A stretch of DNA of 64,000 nucleotides from Yuukianura sp. NJ FZ-2021. Lineage: Eukaryota. Shown in pieces: positions 9,545 to 22,000 of the stretch (position 1 is its first letter; every line of letters starts with the position of its first letter). Position numbers and translations under genes: made by a program. The notes beneath the pieces were generated by a model, which saw only the letters and a list, made by a program, of their open reading frames with translations, made no database searches and was not told where the DNA came from. The stretch spans positions 620,001 through 684,000 of the forward strand of contig CM102288.1 of assembly GCA_046563655.1 (NCBI GenBank). Reading direction: 5' to 3'.

Positions 9545-11025
9545 ACTCGCTTTAATTTTGCCACACCCATGGTCACACATGGAAATGGTTGACGTCGTCA
9601 TCAGTGCAATCGCTTCAACAGTCAAAGTTAACAAACGTTAATTAAACGTCGTTTATACGTTATGAAACAGTCAATTAATCAATTGATTTTGTGACTTACC
9701 GAGTCCAAAGGCTTCTCCTTTGGTTGTCTTGTCACAATGACAATTTCCTGATTCAGCTCAATCCCATCCTCAAAACGCAGAATACCCGCCAGCATCACCT
9801 TCGCTCCGTAGCAAATTCCATTCACCTAAAAAATTGAAAAAAGTTAGCGTTTAGTTTAACTTTTTTTTTTATAAAAAAAAAGTTGGTCGTTTTTAGTTCT
9901 TACTGAGGTGTCCTTGACGATGATGCGCTTGCGAGAGACGAGGAGGCCTTCGAGGGGGTTGATGACCCAGCGTAAGTAACTTTCGTCCTTGTGATGATCA
10001 AAGATCTACTGAGTATCCAGAACGTCATGCATCGTCACAATGTTGTCCATTTCATTTTGAATTCCAGACCGATTCCGACGCAGTTCGAGCATAATTCCTC
10101 CAACTCCCAGCATCAGGCCCAAGTGAAAGCAGTGCGTTCGGACATAAGTACCCGCTTCACAGCTCACCCAATAAACTCCTACGAAGTCACAGAAGCCACA
10201 TTAATCAATTAATCTTTTCCTAAAATCCTTACTTTTTCGCTAAAATCCTAAGCCTAAGCTTACCCATGTTCCTCTCTTCGTCATACTCAAACAGCTTTGA
10301 TTTGTAAATGGTTCTAACACGTAAGTTGTCTTTTTACAGCGGAAATAAGCGGTGGACACTGGAAGAGAGCTCCTTTCAACTTTTCCAGAGCTTGGACGAC
10401 CTGAAACTAAGAACATCAATGTAAAAATGTACTGAACTTACGTTTTAATTTTAATCAATTACATGAGCAGTGCTTTGGACAGCCAAGTGTAACTTGAAAA
10501 CACAGACGTACTCCTTTCCAGCATTCTGCTGAGACTTGACGAGACGTGTGGCTCTCTCGACACAAACAATCAAGCATCCAGTGACCTTGGGATCCAATGT
10601 ACCCGAGTGCCCTGTCTTCTCAACCCGAAAAATCCGCTTTATCCCGGCCACAACTGCATGGGATTAGAAGGTTTATCCAAATTGATGTATCCACACCGAA
10701 CGTAGTCTTTGATTTCTCGTTTGAGTGGAGATGCTCCGAACGGAAGTGGCGTAAAATGACTCGTTTTGATGTTCAGTTTGTCAAAGTTCTTGAAAGCAGT
10801 GGCCATTCGGAGGGTTTCATTCGAGCTGGTTCTGAAGACGAAGCTAGCACAAAATGCTTCTCAACTTGGACATCCGCCAGCAGTTTTTGTCCATTGGCTG
10901 ACCCTAATCCAATGATACACGACATTTCTAAGCTTTAAATTCAGCGACCCCCGTTCAATTTGCCTCTGAAGAGAATCGTTGAACTCAGCTAAATTGACAG
11001 CATCGGATGCCACTGTTTCCTGCAT
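9545..11025 (-). pseudogene. DKC1: Unprocessed (intron-retaining) pseudogene of dyskerin / Cbf5 H/ACA pseudouridine synthase, 3' truncated
   Basis: [74 protein letters not shown] and PUA-region [31 protein letters not shown]. Frameshifts near 10795, 10660 and 10323; homology stops after ..KRVI near 9545. Confidence 0.9.
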
Positions 11026-11514
11026 ATTTCAAAAAGTGTTGATTTTTTATGCGATGCTGTTCAAAATCAGAATCAGTAAAGAATTCGATCGAAGTTCGCT
11101 GGATTTGGATCTACTATTTCAAAATTTGAAAACTCACACTTGATTGATAATTTTTGTTTCTCAAAATTCGGCTGCCAAGGCCTTGGATTCCAGGAAAGAC
11201 GGAGAAAGCAGAATTCTCCCACTAACAGTCTGGACTTCTTGTTTCGTCAATGATATTATTTTTGTCTCCATTGTTTATGGTAGAACAACACTAGAGCAGG
11301 GGGGAGTACTTACCTTACCAATTTAGGGATACAAAAATAGTGAACAAATATTCAGTAATAGAGAAGGAGTGGAATTAAACGTGAATTTAAGTAACTTGAG
11401 TATCCGTTGACAAAAAAAGCAATGACAAGAATATCATTTAAGTCAAAATTTGATCCCTGCGATTTTGGCTGAAAGATTTTAGATCTGTAGTTTTGGGGCA
11501 AAACCACAACTTAT

Positions 11515-13662
11515 TTAAGTTCTTTTCAGATTTACCCTAAACGATAAATAAACTCCTGGCTCTGTTTTTGGCATATTTGGAAAGTTGGCACTCCATTTGT
11601 ACCAGAATTTGTAAGCCCGGGGTGATGGTGGTGGTCCGTTCATACTATTTTCCGGCGGCTCGCTTCTTCTAAACGTTCGAATCTAAATACAATCATAATA
11701 CTTGACTATAACTCAACGGAATGAAATGACGATTCGGGCACGATAGAGAGAGTGAGACAGAAAACTGCGAGTTGAATTTACCGCGCTAGCTATCGCAGAA
11801 TTTCGAATTACTCGAATTGACGAGAGGAGCATTTCTGGATCTGGGTTGATGTTAACGATCATAGAAATCCGACTTGCACTGGTGAGGTAGCTTTGAATGA
11901 GTCTGGTAAGCTTGCTGTCGCGATACGGAATAATGTCTACCTTTGAGCCATTTTGTTTCTCTCTAGAGAACGTAAATTGAAAAATGAATATTAGGTTCAC
12001 TAATTGAAATTAAACCAGATGAAGCCATTAGCACTTACCTTAAAGCACGAATGCACCGGAGCAAGACAATGAGTGACTGATTGATCGTTCCAGATTCTTT
12101 GAGGCGAGCTCCTATGTTACCTGTTTGTGAAGTGCGTTCTAGTCCAGCAAGATCACAAAATGAAAACCTGGTTGATACAAACGTTTCCTTTCATACTGAT
12201 TTATGTTACCTATACCTCTTACTGCATGCTTCATGATGTAAATTCTAAGCTTGTGCGAGTAAAGTGACTTACCGACGAACTTCTTTTGGATAGATATGAG
12301 ATCCAACTTTCCCAATAACAACCATACGGATATTGAAGAACGAATGTGATCTGCTTGAGTTTGAGTTTACATTTGTTGAAGCAAACTGTAGATTCTGTTT
12401 CCCAGCTAGGAAAAACTGATAAGCCTCTTCTGCATTATTGACACAGCACTCCGTCAGATCTGTAGAAGAAGAAACGTGTGAGTGTCATTAGTAGGTTCCA
12501 TGAATTCTGGATATACAATTTGCGTTTTTTTAAATTACCTTTTATGTAAACGTGGCCATTTTTGTCTTGCAATATCTTCAGCTCCCGACGACGAGTTTTG
12601 CCTCGTGTTACAGTATCGAATAGGTCGTAGACTCTTTCATTATAAACTTCAGCAAACGAAACCCAGATGGAGTATAGCATTGACTTGTCCGGTAGCGACA
12701 TAAGGGACTCCTCCTCGGTTCCGGTGGACGAATTTGTTGAAAAGATCGGGTGACTTGCGGACCCTGATGAGCAGACCGAAGATGACGAGGAGCGCAGAAT
12801 GGAGTCGACAAATGATGACATGTCACTTGGTTTCTAAATAATAATCACCAACATTATATCTATAAACGTGAAAATATTTAACAAAAAATAATCAAAGTAC
12901 AGTGTCTTTACAATTTTAGCATCTCGCAACACTCTGTGTCTGGTCTCCGCATTAATTTTCTGCATATTTTTGTCGCATACGATGTAACTGTCGAATTGAT
13001 ACGGCTTGATATCCCCCTTTCGGTAAAGACTCTCATCTACTCGAGTGAACAGTTGCTCCAGCGTTCTTGGAATGATTCCAAAGTCCTTTCCGTATCCTGC
13101 AGGAAATAAAATGTGTACTTTTTCTGCTCGAAGCCTTCTGCATTCGTATTCAACATGCTCAGCAGCAGATTGTGCGCTCTGAATAGCATATCGGTTACCT
13201 TGCATTGTGTAGGTTTTGCCAGAGTTAGTTGTACCGTAACCAAAAATCAAACCATTGTCGCCTTCCAGAAAACCAGTGACAATGCCACGGGCACATTCAT
13301 CATAAACCTCTGCCTGGGTTGCTCCTGGACCGAAAGCTCGTGAGTAAGTAAATGTCGATTCCCTTCTATCAGGCAACATCAGCTTATTCGGTGGTCTGAC
13401 AAGAAGCGTCTTTTCGTCCAACAGGAAGAAGGCCTAAGGCAGAGATAACTAACTTTAATTACAAGTGATGAATTCGGTATATGAACAACTTAGATAATCT
13501 GGTTACCTCTTCAAACACGGTTTTCTGGTTAACTCCGCGTCCTGTTGGACGAAGTCGAAGATATGTCTTGATGTGTTCTGTGCCATTATCCCCAGCAAAC
13601 TCAGCAGATTCATCAGACAATCCATTCATAACACGTCGATCATCTTCAATTACGTCAGCCAT
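11515..13662 (-). CDS. Kinesin-6 (KIF20/MKLP2/subito-like) motor-domain protein, apparently without stalk or tail
   Basis: HIKTYLRLRP, GYGTTNSGKTYTMQG (P-loop), long loop-6 insertion typical of kinesin-6, WVSFAEVYNERVYDL, NSNSSRSH (switch I), FCDLAGLER (switch II), IPYRDSKLTRL. The 3' end is uncertain. Confidence 0.85.
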
Positions 13663-14761
13663 TGCCACTCCCTATTCCGAATTCCGGAAGCAGCCGGCGG
13701 GCACCAGTAAAACCTAAATTTAATGAAATGAGCGAGTTAAAAAAACTTTCGAGTAAAATCGTAAAAGTGAATATTGAATATGGACAACTCAATGCACTTA
13801 CTTACTGCTACTGTAGCTTCGTCGGTTCTCGTCTTGGACAACTACTAATTGAAATTCGAATGTTAATTTTCGAAACGAAACCACAACTCACTGGATAGTA
13901 TGTGCTGGAACTGGAACAGCAGGCAGTCGGTTAAAAAAGCAATTTGTTTTGCACAGCGATTTTACATTCATAAAAACAAGCGCCTATTCCCTCTGAGAGG
14001 GGCTACATTCCCTTTTTACACCCTGCCCAATCCACTGAATTGTGTAATAATTTGAGGCGGGTAGCGCCAACGCATTCGTAAAGCAATTTATTTCAATGCC
14101 GTTACTTATTCCAAAATATTCATTTAAAAAAAATAACACTGTTTACGTAAAGCCACTGATGATGAGTGATAACTAGCTGGAATAAAACAGTGAACATTGT
14201 ATGCTTCCTTCCTCGTTTTACTTAATAGGACTCTATTTATTGCTAAACTAGGTATAACTACAATTCAATCCAAACATATTAATTGGTGTCCATGCTAGTT
14301 ACTAGTACTAACTAGCAAACGTCGTATTTTCTAGTAGTAACTTACTACTCGAATAATATTAGAATTCGCAAAAGTTAATTAGTTAATTGTAGAGTTTATT
14401 AGCAAAATTAACGTGTCGAAACTAGATATGACCTAGATATAGAAACTAAAAAATGACCTAATTAAGAAGCAACTAGCGAAATATATTTGAAAGAATTAAT
14501 ATTTTTAATTTAGAACTGAATTTAAAGTTATAGGTTTAAGTTAACTAGGGTATATAGATTAGTGTTTAGGTAGTTAGTATTTATTTTAGTAATTATAAGT
14601 AAAACCACAACCAATTACAAATTAGATTTAGAATAGCGTAAAACCACTTAGGTGGGGGCTGTCTGAATACTGGATGAAATTGCAATTATAAATGAAAACA
14701 AATAAATCATCTTTGAATTCTTCAATAGATATGAAACAGATTTTGAATGGAAAAACGACGC

Positions 14762-14985
14762 TTTTTATGAATGGATCCGAAAGAGTCCATTTTTTACGCG
14801 ACGCTTCCTCCCCTAAAAACGTAAACGAAATTTATGAATGAATTTGGATGAGTCCATTTTTACTCGACCCTTCTTTCCCTCAAGAATCGTAGTAAAATTT
14901 TTAGCAATGAACGTGGAAGAGTCCAGAGTTCAATTAACGCGAGACTTCCTCTCCTCAACGCCCATTTTTTTATGAATGAAACTTA
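14762..14985. repeat. Degenerate tandem repeat, ~68-bp unit, ~3 copies
   Basis: TTTATGAATG..GAGTCCA..CGA..CTTC.TC.CCT recurs at ~14762, 14830 and 14898, with a partial copy near 14968. Confidence 0.6.
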
Positions 14986-16089
14986 AAATTAAAATGAAAA
15001 ATTTTGAAAATTTCTGATTACTGGTACTTCAAAATTTTAATAATTCCAGTTTGAATTTTAGTAATTACGATTAATGTGTTAATGATCTTTGGTAAAATGG
15101 GTTTAAAACTCACTCTTACTCTTAATTTACACAAGTAATTAGTTTAATTAATTAAAAGCAGAAGTCCTTACACAATGAAGCACATTATAAAGAACTCGAT
15201 GTTCAAAATCTTAAGTTTCTTCAACATTTGAATTTCAAATTTTGAAACTCTAAGAAAAAGGACAAATGTCTCCACGGTTTCTATTTACAATCTCATAAAA
15301 TATCAATCATTCCCAATCTCAATTCCTCAGTTTTTGTTTGTTTTATGATAATTAATTAGTTAATTAATTAAAATGACAAATTGGATGGTGATTAAAAGTG
15401 AATTAAAGTTAAAGACTAGTTTATGTGTAGCTCAACCCTAACTGTGTCCTTAGAAAGTGAAGAAGTTAGTTAAAATGGAGATAATTAGTAATTAACATTG
15501 TAATTTCAATAAGTTTAAGTGAATTTGTTGTAAAGGAAAGCTCGATTTCGAAGTTAACTTTAATTACAATTAACTTTTGTAAGATTATTCTTATTCTTAT
15601 TTGATAAAAGTTGGTGAAAATCTCAATCAAATAAATTAAACCCGTCATAAAATAAGTGAAAGGTGAATTACTCTATAAACTTTTAGTGGTACTAATTATA
15701 ATTAAACTAAAATTAAACTTATATTTAACACAAAAACTAAATGCGGAATCGAAAAACCAAAACTTTTGATAAATATCACAGAAACGTTTGAGATAAAAAC
15801 CAAAAACAAATTGTAACTTTACACATTTCTACTTAAAAACTATTTAAATTGATGCTTAATTGATATTTAATGATTCATACTAATTATTTTAATTGTGCCA
15901 AAGTTTAATTTTGTAATTAACCTTAGGGATTATGTTTTGGTATTGGTTGCAAAAACTCAGGCGATGGATAGGATACGTTTCAAACTCAAATGATATTCTC
16001 GTTCCGAGGTTCACGACGTGTGACCTTTGATATGTCCTTTGACCTTGACCTCAGGAAAAGGTCAATGACCTTGACCTTTGTCTCTTTGT

Positions 16090-19000
16090 TCAGTCGCTGT
16101 GGTTGAGTAGAGTGTTGGTCACCTCAGAGATGGACAGCAGAGGACTTCTGTCCGACTTGTCCCCGTAGGGTAGTAGGTATCGCCCACCAAAGAGCTGAAA
16201 ATTTATATAATATATTTATATTAATTATATTAAGTTAATTATTTTAATTATTTAAAAATTATAAAGAGTTTTGTTTAGTTTTAAAACAAGGGCAAAGCCG
16301 CAACGAGAGCAAAGCAGCTTGATTGGATTGAAATTGACATTTAAAATTTTAGGTTCTCTAAAATCGCTCGGAAAAGTATAAACATTTTCGGAAAATATTT
16401 TCCAAAGTCGTTTCGGAAAAGTATAAAGCGTGTCGGAAAATGCTTTTCAAAATCATTTCGAAAAACTTTTTCAAAATTTTTTATTTTTGAAAAGTGAAGG
16501 TTAGGGAGAAGGTGAAAAGAGAAAGCATTTTTGCTCGTAACAAAACACAAGAAGCGACTCACTGGTGCGTGGGGGGCGGGGGATACACCCATACCTCGCT
16601 CCCACTCCCTTGCTCAACCCCGGACCCCATCGACATCCCCACTGAGCCTGGATGGTGGTAGCTCTGGAGGTACTTGGCAGCAGCGATTGCGCTGGAAGTA
16701 TCCAGCGATTGCGCTGTAACGGTCGTCGTGGACCCCCCGTGGTGCTCAATCGTGTGATGGAGGGGGGTAGTCACGTGACCATTGGACCCCATGGGGTCTC
16801 CCAGACTACTCTTGATGATAGTCCCCACGCCCCATTTGTGATCCCCGCTAGAAGTCACTGGGGTTGCGGGGTTCATGACCTCAAGTGACCTCAAGGGGTC
16901 CCCTGAAGGGCAGTACTTCCTCTCAGGGTACATTGACTGCGGAGTGATGACTGCGGCGCTGTGACGACTCAAGGGGGCGGTACTTGGACCCCACATTAAA
17001 ACAGTCTGCCTCTGAGCAGCACTGTCACTTCCGCCGTTGGCATAGTGCATCATGTACTCTTCCCGCTTGACCTCCGTCGCAGATTTGACCTCGTGACCTC
17101 CTGGAGATGAAGAAGCTGAGGGGTCAAGGCCATTTGAACCCCCGGACCCCTTGGGGGGTTTCGAACTGGCATGAACTTCTAAGCTCTGCTGAATATTGGC
17201 GTAGGAGTGTTGAGAATTTTTGTAGTCGAGTTGACCGGTTTTGTATTCGAGCTGACCGGGCTTAAATTCGAGTTGACCGGTACACCCAGCGTCTTTACCG
17301 TACTGGTTGTCATAGTACAGCCACGCGACACGTCGAGGAAACCGTTACCGACATAGGTCGAACCGTACTCGGGATAATATGTACCGAGTGCCCGGTACTG
17401 AAACAGTGAAGTACCGTCCAAGTACCGATTGTCGAAATTTGCCGGATGGTGGTAGAAGTTTTGTTGTTGGACGTAGAGATTTGTGTCTGGAGTGGCATAG
17501 GTGGAGCCATAGACTGAACAGTTGTACGGAGTAGAATATGCTGCTTGCTGAATATGCTGGATCGTGGTGGGGCCGACGACGGTTGGTGGGGCCGTGGTGG
17601 GTTCAAGTGGGAATTCTGTTCCAGCTTGGATTTTTCTTTTGGATCGATTAGTGGCTAGGAAATCTCTGAGTTGTGTTTTGTATCTGCGTGCTTTTGGTGG
17701 GAGAGTGGGTGGGGTTTGCATGGAGGTGACAGTAGTTGAATCTTGGTCTGAGAAGTACGTCAATCCAGCATCCAAGTACGACACTTTGAAATCCATTGTT
17801 CTCTTCCCAAGCAAATCTCGACCTTCCTCCTCCCTGCAAAAAGTCAAAAGTCAAAACGGCAAAGTCAAAAAGGCAAAACGGCGAAGACAAAAGTCAAATT
17901 TGAAATTTTTGTTTGTGCTGTGATAATTGTAGGTTTTAGGGATTAAGGACGTGTGCTATGCGTCTAATTAACAACAGTTGTTAAATTTAGTAACCACGAT
18001 AACCGAACTTGTGTAGTTAGTAAAAGTTGCAGACATCGACAAAAAGAAACACTCATGTGAAAAACGATCAGTGCACAGATGGTCAAAAAAGTATGAACTT
18101 TCAAACAAACAAAATACTGACTCAAGTTCGGTTGCCGTCGTTTGGGTTTTGTAAATAAGTTTTCTGAAACTGCGACATTGAAAATGAAAAATCGTGGGGA
18201 TCAGCGTCGAAAGGTCGTACAATGACCTACAATACATCAAACTTTAGGAAAAGACTTGATCTAGTACCCTGTCGGAGAAAAATTACACAATTTTAGTTCT
18301 AACTGTGAAAAAAATTGACCCGAACATTCCACCTCCATATTTACATAGATAGAACTAAAATTTTGTAATTTGCTCCGACAGGGTACTAGATCAAGTCTTT
18401 TCCTAAAGTTTGATATATTGTGGGTCATTGTACGACCTTCCTACGCTGATCCAGACCATTTTCCATTTGATGAGTTACAGCCACATTTAGACCCCCCGTT
18501 TCCAGGGTGTTCGCACACGGAACATTAGAAATAATTTTGTCATAAATTAGAAATGGAGAAGTTGAGTCCGTAAATTTTAAAATTTTATGGAGATTTTTAA
18601 ACAAAAGCGGCGATATTTCCAGATCATTTGAATGGTTTAAGCTTTGGATGAACTTAACAATGGAAAAAGTGGTGGCTCGTCTTGTGCCTTTGGCTCTCAA
18701 ACTTTTATGTGCTCATAATTACTACTGTTATTCAAACTGCTGCGACCGCACACAAAATCTTCAATTTATCATTCTTGTTCTAACTTTTAGAAAAACATTG
18801 CTTAATTTAGAAATCAAAATGAAAACTTTCAGTTTAAAAAAAAAAGTACAGAAAAAGTTGCATGAAATCTTTTGAGTGGAGTGGAAGTTTAACGCCGTTC
18901 AGAAAAATACAAAACTAAGCACACCATTGCGGGTTGTGTTAAAATAGTTTTCTGGTTGCACAGGTTGTGTTGATTTTTGAAATTTTGAAATTCAAGATTT

Positions 19001-22000
19001 TGGAATTCGAAATTTTGAAAGATACTTGCATGAGAGGTTTGTGACAGGAGACGATGAAGTCTGGTTTGGAATTTTTGTAGATAAGTTTGGAAGTTGTTTG
19101 GAGCCATTTCCACTGGCCGTCTTTGCTCTGGAGGCGGTAGGCAATGAGACAAGACCTACCGGTTTTTAGTACTAAAATTCAAAAAACAAAATTAAATTTT
19201 GAAAATTCCTCATTTTTTGAAATTTCATGTTCCGTTTTACATTCTTGATGAGCAGAGGCCACATAAGCAAGGTCATCAAAATGGACTAGGTCATAACCAC
19301 CCATGTTGGTCAACTCTGCATCTGAGTAGCCCAGGAGCATCTTCCCTCTGTCAAATTCAAAATCTACATTTTCAAAATTTACTTTTTCAAAATTTTGACC
19401 TGTGATCCATGGAGAGAATGCCGAGATCAAGTTTGTGTTTGCTGTTGATTGTGACTTCTTTTTGCGGCGTTTCCAGCATTGTCGGTGGACCAAACGGCGT
19501 ACAAAGTGCAAATAACGCCATTGGCCCTTCGCCTGACTTCCGATTTTGGCCGTGCAGAATTCTCACCCGTCCACGAATGTCCAGTCTCTAAAAAACCAAA
19601 ATCCAATTTTCAAAATTTGTCAAAAAATAGAAATTTTCCACTTTTTTTCAAATTACAGAATTTATAAGGTTTAGGTTTAAGCGAAAGTTGGACATTGAGA
19701 TAAGAAAAATCAATGCCAGAATTGATTATTCTCCCCTAAAACTCTCTCTCTTTCTCTCGCTATGAGAAAAATTAGAAAGGAAAATAGTTACTCCCTCCAC
19801 TTCTGAGAAAATCCATGTTCAACTAATCTAAAAATCTTTAAATCTCTACCTACCTTTTGGAAAGAGAAAACATTAAAACATTTTATCCACAAATTTATAT
19901 TATTCTACTCTCTTTTTAATCTAAAATGGAAATCTATACGAAACAAAAAGGTTCTCCTTTTATTCCGAAAACTAAAAGGCTCCTTTCCGTAAACCATAAA
20001 ACAATGTAGTAAATTCTCCATTTCCTATGCAACTAAAAAGCAGTCATAAAAACTTGGAAACTTTCTCCCCAATTTGCAAAACCAAGAAAAAACACTTTTT
20101 AGTTGTTCAAAGAAAAATCGGTTTCGTTAAAAAAATCGGTTTTGTGAAAAATCGCTCACATATTTGGACTCCTTTCATCTACAAAAGAAAAGATTTTAGA
20201 TGGATTTGGTTCACTTTTTTTGTGTGTGGCACAGTGAAGTAACAATGACTTGCCGTCTAACTGTCGAGGTCAAAGGTCAAAGGTCAATTGGCTTACCAGG
20301 AACCCCGACGTATTGTCCAGGAGACATCTAAATCTGACTGTGAATGACCTCTCGAGGAAATTAGCGTGCTCTGGAGTGTGAATTGCTTCTGGCAAGGTCA
20401 TTCCGGACAATTCCGAAGGCAGAAATGCATTCCACATCAATTGCCGCTGCAACTCTTCACGATCTTCCGAGTGCACCATTTCCCAAATAGACTGATGAAC
20501 AATGTCGGACTGTAAAAATTAAAAAGCGGGAAAATTTGAAAACGCGGGCAATTTGTTTTCAATTTGTGCCAGAATTGCAGAAAACTAGAAAGTTTTGAGA
20601 AAAAATCATGTATTGTTTAAAAAAAAAGTTCTTGTGGATTTTATGCTTGTTGTGGTGAAAGTGATTAGTAAATTTGAGACAGTTGATGATTGTATTTTGG
20701 TTTGACATGCAAGAAGTGTTTGTGCGTTTGTGACCTCCCGTGACCTGCCTCAACGTAAAGTTAAACAATGAATGGAAAAAGTGAGGTTGATTTGATTTGT
20801 GCATGGAATAATGCGTGTTAACACGCCTTACGTCCTTCACAATTTACTCATGTCCACATGCAAGTTCAATAAGAAAACGATGTCTCACGTTCACTAACCA
20901 CGCATAACACGTTACGTTTTTACACAATTTTAAAACAATTTTAAAAAACTAGGCAATTTTTTAAGATTTTTCAACTCCTGGAGCAAGATTTCTCAAAAAG
21001 TTTCAGATTTTGTGTAATTTTTCGCAGAAACTGCTTAAGTTTGACCTTCACTATAAAAGTCAAGGTCAAAAGTTAAAATTTTACTTTTGAGTTTGAGTTT
21101 TTTTTTACATGTGAAGACATTTTTTGTTTTGCGTTTTGAAAACACAAAATTGAAAACTCTTTTTTGAAAAAAAAATTGAAGTTGAGAATGTGGGCGAAAA
21201 TTAGTCTCATTAATCATGTTTCTGTTTTGGGCTTGCCGTCTGTTCTGAGCATTTGAAATTCAAACGTTCCTTAAATACTTTTTGATTGTTTCACAAACTT
21301 CGCCCACTTTTTCAAAGCTTTTTTTAAATTCTAAAAAATGCTTTTTAGAACAAATCGTTAGCCCAGGAGGAGGCCTTTCATTGTTGAAAAGGAGAATTCA
21401 AAAGCGAGACTTTATTAAGACATATTTCACACAAGGGGGTCGCGATATGTGCCTGGTGTCATCATAAATTCAATTCTCATAAGTGTCAAAACAACTTTTT
21501 CAAAAAACGGACTTCAAAATTTTGAAAACCAAGTTTACGAAATTTTGGAATCATCTTTTGAAGACAGCAGTTACCTGATGCATTCCTAGGTAGCACTCGA
21601 TGTTGTGAGTGGTGAAAAAAAGTTCTCCGTCGTCGCAGCTTATCATCAGCAAAAATCCATTAAGAGCCTGCAAAGAAAAAATTACAGAAAAAAAGTTTTA
21701 GATGAAAAATTTAGCACAAAAAATGTAAAACAGGATTTTTTTTGGCGAAAACCGTTTTTTCACAAAATTTATGACTTTGGCCTATTTTTGCCCGTTTCCG
21801 TCCCATTTTCTGTGCTGTTTTTCTCTTTCCAAAACCTTTCACAAGTTATCAGATTTAGGATTTCAAAATTTAGCCTCCGTAAAAATCCGAAAAATTTTGT
21901 GTTCCAAGTCTACTTTTCAAAACCGTTTTTTCTGGAGAGTTAAGTCATAACTTTTTTGAAATTTTGGTTCATGCTGATTTGAGAATCATAACTTCGCTGT

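Noticed and set aside
9700..10460. H/ACA snoRNAs in dyskerin introns (known host in other animals)
   Set aside because: The introns are only ~60-90 nt, too short for a two-hairpin H/ACA RNA.
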